Positions 43,687 through 53,302 of a DNA stretch of 64,000 bases are shown piece after piece. Source of the stretch: Armatimonadota bacterium (lineage in GTDB: Bacteria; Armatimonadota; UBA5829; DTJY01); contig JAGONM010000002.1 in NCBI GenBank assembly GCA_017993055.1, positions 68,821 to 132,820 of the forward strand, written 5' to 3'. The notes under the pieces are model-generated. The model saw only the letters and a program-made list of their open reading frames with translations, did no database searches and was not told where the DNA came from. The first letter of the stretch is position 1, and every line of letters starts with the position of its first letter. The position numbers and the translations under genes were made by a program.

Positions 43687-45222
43687 TTACATCTTAGGGC
43701 CCGGCTTGCCGGGATAGTTCGGGGTGTACATGACCTTCTCCTTGCGGATCTGCAGTTCCCCGTCCTTCACGAACCGCTCGTCGCGCTCAGAGAAGTGCTT
43801 CACCAACTCGCGCCGCCAGTACCTCACCGTCTTGGCGTAGTCCGGATCGGCTGCCAGATCGTGAAGCTCGCCCCGATCATTCTCCAAGTCGAAGAGCTGC
43901 TCACTGCCGTCGAAGGCGTGGAAGATGTACTTCCAGCGCCCGTCGGTCAGGCCGGCCCAGTTGTTCTCGTTGCTGTAGCAGACGTCGTGCTCGATGTCGA
44001 CGTACTCCCGCCAGCCGGATGTTTCGCCTCTGATCAGCTTGAGCATGCTGTCGCCGTCAACGCTCTCGGGGATCGGCGCTCCCGCCGCATCGAGAAACGT
44101 CGGCAGGACGTCTCTCAGTTCGACTACCTGGCCGATCCTCTGACCGCGTCTGGCATGGATTGCCATGTCTCTGCCCCAGCGGACGAGCATCGGGACGTGC
44201 GCCGATCCCTCATATGGATACGACTTCCGCCAGTGATGGTGGTCGCCGAGCATGTCGCCGTGATCGCCGGTCCAGATGATCAGAGTATTCTCCAGCGTGC
44301 CCTTCTTTCCGAGCGCCTCGAGGATGCGGCCGACCTGCTCGTCTATGAACGTGACCGAGCCGTAGTAGCCGCGCCGCGACTTTTTCGCCTGCGCGACGCC
44401 GAATTCGCCGTGCCACGAAGTGAAGTTCTTCGGGTCGCCCTGCGCGTACTCCCCGGCCCAGTCGCCGACATAGGGCTCCGGCATGTCGTCCTCGTCGTAC
44501 ATGTCCCAGAACCGTTTTGGCGGGTCGTAGGGGCTGTGAGGTCGGGCGAACGAGACCTTGAGCATGAACGGCTCGTGCCGGTCGTACTTCTCGATCCAGT
44601 CCACAGCCGTATCCCCGGTCCAGCGAGTGGGGTGGAGGTCCTCGGGCAGGGCGTACTTCCCCGAGCGATAATCGTTCCAGCCGATGCCGGTCGAGTCGGG
44701 ATCGAGATCGGGGGCCTTCTCCTTGAACCACTGCCGATAGTCGCTGATGAATCCCGGCTGCGCGCGGCCCGACTCATCGAGCAGCCCTCCCTGGAAGCCG
44801 TGCAGGTTCCGCTGCGGGTGATAGTGGCACTTGCCGATGACGAACGTGTAGTACCCCGCGTCGTTAAGCGCGCGCGGCATCTCGAAGGGATAGCGCTCGG
44901 CAACCTGCCCGAAGCCGATCTGGCCGTGGTGCCACGGCGACTGGCCGGTCAAGAGCGCCGCTCGCGCGGGGATGCAGGTCGGAGTAGTGCTGTACGCGTT
45001 CGTAAACATCGCGCCTTCCCTGGCGATCCGGTCGAGGTTCGGCGTCTTGATGACCTTGTTCCCTGCGCAGCCGATGCAGTCCCATCGGTGCTGATCGGTC
45101 ATCAGGAACAGGATGTTGGGCTTCTTGCCGGATGGTGCTTCCTCAGCCGCGAGAGCGCCCGTTGACAGCGCCGCCAGTCCCACTCCTGCTATCTTCATGA
45201 ACTCTCTCCTGGTCGGTTTCAT
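43687..45222 (-). CDS. TAT-exported formylglycine-dependent sulfatase
   Basis: RREFMKIAGVGLAALSTGALAA twin-arginine signal. ILFLMTDQHRWD ... TPTCIPARAALLTG. Confidence 0.85.
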   Translation of the reverse strand: MKPTRREFMKIAGVGLAALSTGALAAEEAPSGKKPNILFLMTDQHRWDCIGCAGNKVIKTPNLDRIAREGAMFTNAYSTTPTCIPARAALLTGQSPWHHGQIGFGQVAERYPFEMPRALNDAGYYTFVIGKCHYHPQRNLHGFQGGLLDESGRAQPGFISDYRQWFKEKAPDLDPDSTGIGWNDYRSGKYALPEDLHPTRWTGDTAVDWIEKYDRHEPFMLKVSFARPHSPYDPPKRFWDMYDEDDMPEPYVGDWAGEYAQGDPKNFTSWHGEFGVAQAKKSRRGYYGSVTFIDEQVGRILEALGKKGTLENTLIIWTGDHGDMLGDHHHWRKSYPYEGSAHVPMLVRWGRDMAIHARRGQRIGQVVELRDVLPTFLDAAGAPIPESVDGDSMLKLIRGETSGWREYVDIEHDVCYSNENNWAGLTDGRWKYIFHAFDGSEQLFDLENDRGELHDLAADPDYAKTVRYWRRELVKHFSERDERFVKDGELQIRKEKVMYTPNYPGKPGPKM

Positions 45223-47404
45223 TCTGACTCCTGACTTCTGCGTTCCCCCACTTCGGCATCACCCAGCAATACGCCGTATATCGCATCTCGCTCCATGCGA
45301 GTTCCGGGAGTGGATGGCCCGCGAAGAGCGGCGTCTCCACCGGCGTGAACTGCACCCGCACCCGGACTGCCGACTTCCCCTCGGTAAGCTTCCTAGGGAT
45401 GATGAACTCATCGTCGCGGAAGCGCCGGTTCGACTCGATAACGTTGTGCTCCGTCGCGCCGAGTTCGCCCTTCGCGTCGGAGTAGACGCAGGTGTTCGAG
45501 CCCGCGAGATACCATGTCCCCGCGCGCATCCAGTCCGACTTGCCGAACTCCGAGACGTAGACCTCCGCCCGCTGGTTCGGGTACGAGTAATCGAGCTTCC
45601 GGCGGAGGAGCACGCCCTTGTTCTCCGGCACCAGCTTCAGCGTGAACTCCGAAGTCCCCTTCGTGACGCGGCCAATATCCGTCTCCGCGGGGTAGATCTC
45701 CTTGCCATCCAGCGTATCCGGCCCCCATTCATATCGAGAGGTGACTTCCACCGGCGCGGACGTATCAGGCGACGAGTACTCGTGCGCTCTCTCGCTCTCC
45801 ATGTCGCCGATGTCCATCTCATCCGTCTTGATGAGCGAGGCACTCGGCAGCCCGTACCAGTATACGACGCTCTTGTAGTGCTCCTTCGAGTCGTTCAACG
45901 CTCCGTGCTCGAACTGAATGCGCGCGTTCTTACCGAACGGGAAGAGGTCGGCCAGAAGGAACCGGTACTCCGAGTGGATCAGGTCTTCCGGGCACTTCGC
46001 CTCTTCGGGCTTCCGAGCGCCGACCGGATGGCCCGCGAGCGGAAGGGTCATCGTCCGGCCGCCCCAGTAGTCGCCGCCGCCTCCCCATTCCTCGCTGCCC
46101 GTGCCCTGTGCCTGGGGAGTCCGACTGTCGTCGAAGAAGAATCGGGGATCGCCCTCGAGGGTATTAAGCACTCCACGGTGCGTGAAGATGAAGCTCGTGC
46201 CGACGAAGCTTCCCGACCAGTCACCGCCGCCCTCGACCTTCGTCGTATCAAGGAAGACCATGTCTCTCCCAAGCTCCGGGGTGGGGTGGTCGCCGTAGGT
46301 CGCATGGAAGTAGCCGACGTGGTTCGGCGGATCGCTGTACGGCTCGAAACGCACCTTCCAGCGGACGTCGAGGATATCCGCCGACTCAATGCCCGCTAGC
46401 TCTATCTTCGCCGACTTGAAGAACGGCATCGGGAAGTAGCACGCCATGTGGATTCGCTCGGCGTCGAACCGCACGTTCATCGGGAATCCCTTGACCAGGT
46501 ACTCGTTGTCGTCGCGGTTGTAGAACGTTCCTGCGCCGAAGAAGAGGGCGAGGGGGGCATCGACTGACGGGTGTTCCCTGCCGTCCCAGGTGATCTTGAG
46601 CCTTACGTCCGAGAGCGCAAGTGCGTGCTCTTTCGGTGCGGAGAACTGCAGTTCGCGGATCATACTCGGACCGGTCAACTCAATGAGGGTAAGGGTCTTG
46701 CCCTTCGGTATCGAGGTAGTCCGCGATGTCCCTGCATAGCGGGTAACCGGATCGGGGTCGTTTCCCGACCTCGAGATCAGGTCGAGCACGTCCTTCGACG
46801 GGGGCGTCTTGCCGTCCCACGACTTGATCGGCTGCGAGAGGTTCGCGCCGGGATCGAAGAGGTGATAAAGGTAGTAGCCGGTGCCGTACCGCGTTCGGGT
46901 GTACGCCATGCGGAACGAATCCTCGAACGGGATCGGGACCCACATCAGGTCCGCGCCTTTGGTCGTCGCCCAGGTCCACGTCAACGGGTTGGGGAAGAGC
47001 TTCTCGGGGAGGAAGACCGAGCCCTCGAGCGGCTTCGTCGGGTCTGCGGTGCTCGACTCCCTGACGATGTGGTCGCCGCCGTCCACCTCGTAATGCCAGG
47101 GGCTTCCGTGCCAGTGATTGTACCGCGCGAAGTAGAGGATACCCGGCCCGACGGTATCGAGAGTTACGCTGAAGTCATCGGCGAGCTGATACAGGAAATG
47201 GCTCGCGTCGGCCGACCGATTCCCGCCCGTCCGATCGTAGGTACTGCGCATGTAGGCCCGTACGCCGATCCGCTGGTACGGCCACCGCTCCCACATCCGA
47301 TACGCGTCGAGTCCCACCGGCACCATCGGCGTTTCATCAGCTTTCGCCGCCAACGTGGCCAGCAGAACCATGACGAGGATCAGCACTCCATGTCCCATTC
47401 CCAT
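45143..47404 (-). CDS. large secreted DUF2961/GH172-domain protein (753 aa)
   Basis: Signal peptide MGMGHGVLILVMVLLATLAAKA. DUF2961-type GTGSEEWGGGGDYWGG motif in the middle. Its 3' end overlaps the downstream sulfatase start by about 80 nt, out of frame. Confidence 0.6.
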   Translation of the reverse strand: MGMGHGVLILVMVLLATLAAKADETPMVPVGLDAYRMWERWPYQRIGVRAYMRSTYDRTGGNRSADASHFLYQLADDFSVTLDTVGPGILYFARYNHWHGSPWHYEVDGGDHIVRESSTADPTKPLEGSVFLPEKLFPNPLTWTWATTKGADLMWVPIPFEDSFRMAYTRTRYGTGYYLYHLFDPGANLSQPIKSWDGKTPPSKDVLDLISRSGNDPDPVTRYAGTSRTTSIPKGKTLTLIELTGPSMIRELQFSAPKEHALALSDVRLKITWDGREHPSVDAPLALFFGAGTFYNRDDNEYLVKGFPMNVRFDAERIHMACYFPMPFFKSAKIELAGIESADILDVRWKVRFEPYSDPPNHVGYFHATYGDHPTPELGRDMVFLDTTKVEGGGDWSGSFVGTSFIFTHRGVLNTLEGDPRFFFDDSRTPQAQGTGSEEWGGGGDYWGGRTMTLPLAGHPVGARKPEEAKCPEDLIHSEYRFLLADLFPFGKNARIQFEHGALNDSKEHYKSVVYWYGLPSASLIKTDEMDIGDMESERAHEYSSPDTSAPVEVTSRYEWGPDTLDGKEIYPAETDIGRVTKGTSEFTLKLVPENKGVLLRRKLDYSYPNQRAEVYVSEFGKSDWMRAGTWYLAGSNTCVYSDAKGELGATEHNVIESNRRFRDDEFIIPRKLTEGKSAVRVRVQFTPVETPLFAGHPLPELAWSEMRYTAYCWVMPKWGNAEVRSQNETDQERVHEDSRSGTGGAVNGRSRG

Positions 47405-47425
47405 TGCTCCTTTGCTCCTGGACTC

Positions 47426-48709
47426 CTAATCCTTCGGCTCGTTGTTGACGACGATTGCCTTGTCGCCGATCTCGTTCTCCACCTTCACCCCGAGTTCGCC
47501 GTTGTTCTCGGAGATGATGGCGTACTTCAATCCCTTGCCGAGCAGGATGTCGGTTCGCGGGCCGCCCTCGAAACTGCATCCGCGAACCTGGAGGCGTCCC
47601 GCATCCGCCTCGACGAGCGGTTTGAGCGCCCCGTGCGGGCTGCTCAGGTAGCAGTCGGAGAGCGACGTGAAGTTTTGGTTGTGCGAGACGACGTTCTGCA
47701 CCGCCGGCCCCCAGAACGAGCAGTTGACGAGCCGCACCGAGCCCTTGCAGGTCGGCGGGATCTCGATCTGGATCGGGTTCTCGCCAGCAAACGCTACGAA
47801 CTGCCCACCGGTGATCAGCAGCCCCATGTTCTGGATCTCCTCGACGACGATGCACCTCTGTGCCCAGTCGGCGCCGATCCCGGTGAACTGCCCGTTGCAC
47901 GCGCCGCTCGTGGTCCGAATGAACCTGTAGCCGATATTCACCGGGAAGACGAACGTATTGTTCACATATTCCCAGTCGGTTCGCCCGAAGATGAACGCCT
48001 CGCAGTTGTCTATCATATACTTGTTGACGATCTCCGCGTTGCCGCCGACCTCGCCCGCCCACCACCAGTGGCCGTGGAACTGCACGTTGTCTATCCGCCC
48101 GATGTCCGTGCAGGCGTCAACGAAAATCCCCCGGCGGAGAACGCATCCGTATACGCTCCGGATGCGGTGGCGGACGTTCGGCTCGGGCCCGACCTTGATG
48201 CCGTTGTAGCTGTTGACGAGCGTCACATTCTCGACGGTGTTGTCGATCCCCTTGAGGTGGAAGGTCCAGGAGTAGGGGCGGATGTCGGTCACTTTCTGCT
48301 CGGGGTAGTATACGGTGACGCCGCTTACCGATGTGCAGTCGACCATCTCGAAGAGGGCGGGGGCGTCCTCCTTGTCGCGCCCCCCGGTCGCGAGGATGAT
48401 CGATCCTTTGAGCGGCTCACTGTACTGGGGCGCGTTGGCTGCTCCCTCGACGTGAACGCCCGCGGGGACGTTGAGGCTCCCCTTGACCAGGTACTTCCCG
48501 GGCGGGAGGTATACCCTGCCGCCGAGTTTCGATGCCGAGTCCATCGCCGCCTGGATCGGTGCGGTGTCGTCGGTCGTGCCGTCGGCCCTCGCGCCGAAGT
48601 CCTTCACGCTGAATATGCCTTCGAGCATGGGTCTGTCCTCCGCGGGCGATGCCGATGACGTCAACGCTGCCAGGATCACCGCCGCCGGTATCAGGAATAG
48701 TGTCCGCAT
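47426..48709 (-). CDS. secreted right-handed beta-helix protein (pectate-lyase-3/GH28/GH55-like)
   Basis: Signal peptide. FSVKDFGARADGTTDDTAPIQAAMD is the typical N-terminal cap of the pectate-lyase-superfamily beta-helix. Repetitive NxxG/VxN rungs follow. Confidence 0.6.
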   Translation of the reverse strand: MRTLFLIPAAVILAALTSSASPAEDRPMLEGIFSVKDFGARADGTTDDTAPIQAAMDSASKLGGRVYLPPGKYLVKGSLNVPAGVHVEGAANAPQYSEPLKGSIILATGGRDKEDAPALFEMVDCTSVSGVTVYYPEQKVTDIRPYSWTFHLKGIDNTVENVTLVNSYNGIKVGPEPNVRHRIRSVYGCVLRRGIFVDACTDIGRIDNVQFHGHWWWAGEVGGNAEIVNKYMIDNCEAFIFGRTDWEYVNNTFVFPVNIGYRFIRTTSGACNGQFTGIGADWAQRCIVVEEIQNMGLLITGGQFVAFAGENPIQIEIPPTCKGSVRLVNCSFWGPAVQNVVSHNQNFTSLSDCYLSSPHGALKPLVEADAGRLQVRGCSFEGGPRTDILLGKGLKYAIISENNGELGVKVENEIGDKAIVVNNEPKD

Positions 48710-48858
48710 GTGTTCCTCCTAGTCCGACTCTATATCTTCTGTTCGCCCAGCCGGTACGCATGCCCTCCATGATGCTTGACATCACTCCCCTCCGGTGTTA
48801 GTCTTGTGTTACTACGAACGCACTACGGCATTGTCCGTTGACCTTGGGAGTGGGACAT

Positions 48859-50292
48859 ATGACCAACGGATACACGCGCCGCTGCTTCCTGGCAGGATTG
48901 GGAGCGTCGGCTGCGAGCCTTGCATTGTCGCCCTATATCTCCGCCGAGTCTCGCCCCAACATACTGCTGATCACCGCCGACGACATGGACTACCATTCCC
49001 TCGGCGCGACCGGCTGCAAGGTCACGAACATCACGCCGAACCTCGATGCCCTCGCGAAGCAAGGTGTGCTCTTCACCCAGGCGCACGTCACCTCCGCCGT
49101 CTGCCAACCCTGCCGGTCCGTGCTCATGACCGGGCGATTCCCTCACGGGAACGGAGCGATGGGGTTCGAGCCTATCAACCCCGAGGTGCCGACCCTCCAG
49201 CAGGCGCTGAACAAGGCCGGCTACCTGAACGGGATTATGGCGAAGGTCGGTCATCTGCGCCCGCAGGAATGCTTCATGTGGGACTTCGTCGCCGACGCCA
49301 AGGAGTTGGGTCAGGGTCGCGATCCCGATCTCTACTACAAGTCCTCGAAGCAGTTCTTTGAGCGCGCGAAGGCCGAGGGCAAGCCGTTCTTCATGATGGC
49401 GAACTCCCAGGACCCGCATCGTCCATTCGCAGGAAGCGCAGGTGAGGGTGCCACCGCGGAGAAGCGCAAGATCGCCGGATTCCCGGGCGCATCTCGGACC
49501 TACAAGCCGGAGGAGATCGCCATCCCCGACTTCCTGCCCGATCTGCCGGACGTGCGCAAGGAGATGGCGCAGTACTACACCTCTGTCCACCGCTGCGACG
49601 AGATCGTCGGCCAGGTCCTGCGCGCCCTCAGGGAGAGCAGCCTGGAGGAGAACACCGTCGTCTTCTTCCTCAGCGACAACGGCATCTCTGAGCCCTTCGC
49701 CAAGACGAATTGCTACCGGGTGAGCACTCAGACACCGCTGATCGTCCGCTGGCCGGGGAAGATCAAGCCCGGGCGGAACGATGACGACCTCGTGTCGGGG
49801 ATCGACTTCATGCCGACGGTGCTCGATATCGCTGGGATCAAGCAAGTCGCGGGCATGGACGGCCGCTCATACCTCCCGTTGCTGAAGGGGCAGAAGGAAG
49901 CCGGGCACGACAAGGTCTTCACGTTCCTCTTCGAGACATCGGCGAAGAAGGAGTTCCCGATGCGCTGCGTGCGGACGAAGAGGTACAGCTATCTGTACAA
50001 CGCCTGGTCGGACGGGAAGACTCAGTTCCAGAACGAGCCGATGGGCGGACTCGCGTGGAAGGCGATGGTCGCCTCCGCCGACCCCAAGATCAAGGAGCGG
50101 GCCGATTTCTTCCTCCGCCGCGTGCCCGAGGAGTTCTACGACCTGGAGTCCGATCCCGGCGAGCGGAAGAACCTGATCGCCGATCGGAAGTACAAGGAGC
50201 AGATCGCCACTATGCGCGCCGAGATGCTCGATATGATGGAGTCCACCAGGGATTCCGTCATCTACAGGTTCAGGAAGCAGATTGGGAAGTAA
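48859..50292 (+). CDS. TAT-exported formylglycine-dependent sulfatase
   Basis: RRCFLAGLGASAASLALS twin-arginine signal. ILLITADDMDYH ... SAVCQPCRSVLMTG. Start refined to the second Met. Confidence 0.85.
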   Translation: MTNGYTRRCFLAGLGASAASLALSPYISAESRPNILLITADDMDYHSLGATGCKVTNITPNLDALAKQGVLFTQAHVTSAVCQPCRSVLMTGRFPHGNGAMGFEPINPEVPTLQQALNKAGYLNGIMAKVGHLRPQECFMWDFVADAKELGQGRDPDLYYKSSKQFFERAKAEGKPFFMMANSQDPHRPFAGSAGEGATAEKRKIAGFPGASRTYKPEEIAIPDFLPDLPDVRKEMAQYYTSVHRCDEIVGQVLRALRESSLEENTVVFFLSDNGISEPFAKTNCYRVSTQTPLIVRWPGKIKPGRNDDDLVSGIDFMPTVLDIAGIKQVAGMDGRSYLPLLKGQKEAGHDKVFTFLFETSAKKEFPMRCVRTKRYSYLYNAWSDGKTQFQNEPMGGLAWKAMVASADPKIKERADFFLRRVPEEFYDLESDPGERKNLIADRKYKEQIATMRAEMLDMMESTRDSVIYRFRKQIGK

Positions 50293-50311
50293 GAAAGGAT
50301 TGTCTCGCCCC

Positions 50312-51691
50312 ATGGAACGCATCTTGTTGGCCCTCTGTCTTGTCGGTCTCGTATTGTCTTCCGTCGCCGCCCAGGATGCCTCGGTCCGCAAGGAGGACGG
50401 CTACCGGGGAATCTGGTACGCCAATCAGGCCTCGAACGACGAGTATGTGTGGAAATACAGCGGCGGACTCGGCACATACACCGCGAACCACGTCCCGATT
50501 GCCGTCTACGTTCCCGAAGTCAACAAGACGTTCTTCGTCTACGGCGGCTCGAAACCGATCGACCAGACCAACCGGCTGCTCGAGATGGTCTCCTACTACG
50601 ATCACAACACCGGGACCGTACCGAAGCCGACCCTGATCCGGGAGAAAGGCACCGATGACGCTCACCACAATCCTGCGCTGACCATCGACAAGGATGGATA
50701 CCTCTGGGTATTCTGTGCCTCTCACGGCGGCAAGGACGGGTTCATCTACAAGAGCAAGTCGCCGTACTCGATAGACGGTTTCGAACTCGTCATGCAGCGC
50801 GAGTTCTCATATCCGCAGATCTGGTACTTCGACGACTTCGGGTTCGTGTTCATATTCACCAAGTACACCCGCGGTCGGGAGCTGTATGTGAGCACCAGCA
50901 AGGACGGCATCACCTGGACGCCCGATCAGAAATATGCCGGCTTCGACGGACACTACCAGTCGAGCTGGAAGTGGGGGAACAAGGTCGGCACATCGTTCAA
51001 CTGGCACCCTCCGGTCGGCGGTTTGAACGCGCGAACGAACCTCTACTACATGGAGACACGCGACTTCGGCGCCACCTGGGCGGACGCAGCGGGCAAGAAG
51101 CTCGATATTCCCTTGAGCGATCACGTGAACGGCGCCCTCGTCCGCGACTACCAGAAAGAGGGCTGGCTCGTCTACATCAACGACGTCAACTACGACAGAG
51201 AGGGCAACCCGATCATCTTCTACAACCTCAGCAAGGGATATGAGTCCGGCCCCGCGTTCGGCGAGCGCGTCATGATGACCGCTCATTGGACTGGCGTGGA
51301 TTGGGACTACAGTGAGGTGACGAAGACCGACCACAACTACGACATGGGCTCGCTCTACGTCGAGGCCGACGGCTCCTGGCGAGTGATTGCTCCGACGGTC
51401 GGACCGCAGCCTTGGAGCACCGGCGGCGAGGTGGGTATGTGGAAGTCGAGCGATCAGGGCAGGACGTGGCGCAAGATCCGCAACCTGACCCCGAACAGCG
51501 AAATGAACCACCATTACGTACGCCGCGTGCTCGACGCTCATCCCGACTTCTATGCGTTCTGGGCGGACGGGCATGCGTTCAAACTCTCGGAGTCGAGCCT
51601 CTACTTCTCAAACAGGTCCGGCACCGCCGTCCGTGTCCTCCCCGAGAAGATGACTCGGGACAATCAGAAACCGCGACTTAGAAAGCGATGA
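50312..51691 (+). CDS. secreted BNR/Asp-box beta-propeller protein (sialidase-like fold)
   Basis: Signal peptide (MERILLALCLVGLVLSSVAA). Asp-box-like STSKDGITWT and canonical SSDQGRTWRK. Confidence 0.5.
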   Translation: MERILLALCLVGLVLSSVAAQDASVRKEDGYRGIWYANQASNDEYVWKYSGGLGTYTANHVPIAVYVPEVNKTFFVYGGSKPIDQTNRLLEMVSYYDHNTGTVPKPTLIREKGTDDAHHNPALTIDKDGYLWVFCASHGGKDGFIYKSKSPYSIDGFELVMQREFSYPQIWYFDDFGFVFIFTKYTRGRELYVSTSKDGITWTPDQKYAGFDGHYQSSWKWGNKVGTSFNWHPPVGGLNARTNLYYMETRDFGATWADAAGKKLDIPLSDHVNGALVRDYQKEGWLVYINDVNYDREGNPIIFYNLSKGYESGPAFGERVMMTAHWTGVDWDYSEVTKTDHNYDMGSLYVEADGSWRVIAPTVGPQPWSTGGEVGMWKSSDQGRTWRKIRNLTPNSEMNHHYVRRVLDAHPDFYAFWADGHAFKLSESSLYFSNRSGTAVRVLPEKMTRDNQKPRLRKR

Positions 51692-51793
51692 TTTGATACC
51701 ATGGGAGTGCCTTGTGCCGCTGACAAGACCGTGGCTGGCGGCACGAGGCGCTCCCATGCAACCTGTAGCGTTGACCGCATCCGGGAGGAACGA

Positions 51794-53302
51794 ATGTCCG
51801 ACAAGCGCCCGAACATACTTCTGATCACCAGTGACCAGCAGCACTACGACACGCTCGGCGTCACCAATCCCAGGATCAAGACGCCCGCGCTCAACCGATT
51901 GTGCTACGAGGGCACGCGGTTCGACCGCGCCTACTGTCCGAATCCCGTCTGCACGCCGACCCGGGCGACCCTTATAACGGGAGTCTATCCCTCGCAGCAC
52001 GGCGCGTGGACGATCGGATGCAAGCTCCCGGAGGATGTCCCGACCGTCGGCGGTATCTTCCAGCGGAATGGATACGCGACCGGTCTCATCGGCAAGGCGC
52101 ACTTCCAGCCGCTCAAGTCCCAGCCCGGCAGCGAGTCAATCGAGTGCCAGCCGATCCTGCGCGACCTCGACTTCTGGCGCAAGTTCCACGGCCCGTGGTA
52201 CGGGTTCCAGCATGTCGAGACCGCCCGGAATCATGCGGACGAATCTCACGCCGGCCAGCACTACGCTATCTGGATGGAGGAACAGGGCCTCAAGAACTGG
52301 CGGGACTACTTCTGGAAGTGGCCGGAGAACGAACCGAAGCGCGAGCATAGCTGGGACCTGCCCGAGGAGTTTCATTACTCCCGATGGACAGCCGATCGCT
52401 CGATAGCATACATGGAGAAGTGCACGCAGGAGGACAGGCCCTTCTTCCTGTGGAGCAGCTTCCAGGATCCTCATCCGCCGTATCTCGTGCCCGAGCCGTG
52501 GGCCTCGATGTACGATCCCGCCGACATGGTTCCCGGCAGGCTCACGCCCGGCGAGCACGATCTGAATCCGCCGCACTTCGGCAAGACGCAGGAGGCCAAG
52601 CCCGACTTCTCTATGTACAAGGAGACCTTTGGGGCGCACGGCTTCCACTCTCATCTGATCAGCGAAGATGCTCTGAAGAAGGACATGGCGATCTACTACG
52701 GCATGATCAGCCTGATGGATCACCACATCGGCCGCATCTTCGAGTCGCTCGACCGCCTGGGAATCGCCGACAACACGATGATCGTCTTCAGCACCGACCA
52801 CGGCCACTTCCTCGGTCAGCACGGTCTTCGAGCGAAGGGTGCATTCCACTACGAGGACATGATTCGTGTGCCGATGATCGTCTGGTATCCCGGCCATGTG
52901 GCCCAGAACGCCGTCTGCTCCGACCTCCAGAGCCTGGTGGACTTCGCGCCGACCGCCCTCGGAGTGGCGGGCATCGAAGTCCCCGGCTTCATGACCGGCG
53001 TCAACCAGTTCGACGCATGGTGCGGCCGGGAGAAGGCTCCACGGGAGCACATCATCGTCGAGAACCGCCACGAGCCGACGCTCGTTCACCTGCGCACCTA
53101 CGTGGACGAGCGATACAAGATCACCGTCTACCGCGACAAGGACTACGGCGAGTTGTTCGATCTCCAGGAAGATCCGGGCGAGGTCCGCAACCGGTGGAAT
53201 GATCCGTCGTATGCCGGCATCAAGTCGGAACTGTTCCTGAGGTTCTTGCAGGCGGCTCTCCAGGATGAGCCGACGCGGATGCCGCGCATCGCGGGGGCGT
53301 GA
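51794..53302 (+). CDS. formylglycine-dependent sulfatase, apparently cytoplasmic (no signal peptide)
   Basis: ILLITSDQQHYD ... NPVCTPTRATLITG. Start refined to MSDKRPNIL. Neither this nor the longer track start gives a signal peptide. Confidence 0.8.
   Translation: MSDKRPNILLITSDQQHYDTLGVTNPRIKTPALNRLCYEGTRFDRAYCPNPVCTPTRATLITGVYPSQHGAWTIGCKLPEDVPTVGGIFQRNGYATGLIGKAHFQPLKSQPGSESIECQPILRDLDFWRKFHGPWYGFQHVETARNHADESHAGQHYAIWMEEQGLKNWRDYFWKWPENEPKREHSWDLPEEFHYSRWTADRSIAYMEKCTQEDRPFFLWSSFQDPHPPYLVPEPWASMYDPADMVPGRLTPGEHDLNPPHFGKTQEAKPDFSMYKETFGAHGFHSHLISEDALKKDMAIYYGMISLMDHHIGRIFESLDRLGIADNTMIVFSTDHGHFLGQHGLRAKGAFHYEDMIRVPMIVWYPGHVAQNAVCSDLQSLVDFAPTALGVAGIEVPGFMTGVNQFDAWCGREKAPREHIIVENRHEPTLVHLRTYVDERYKITVYRDKDYGELFDLQEDPGEVRNRWNDPSYAGIKSELFLRFLQAALQDEPTRMPRIAGA

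Noticed and set aside
43342-45165. 607-aa + strand ORF antisense to two sulfatase genes
   Set aside because: Spurious high-GC antisense ORF. The sulfatase frames carry C-x-P-x-R signatures.
46571-48658. 695-aa + strand ORF antisense to the large GH172-like and beta-helix genes
   Set aside because: Same reasoning. No motifs and biased composition.
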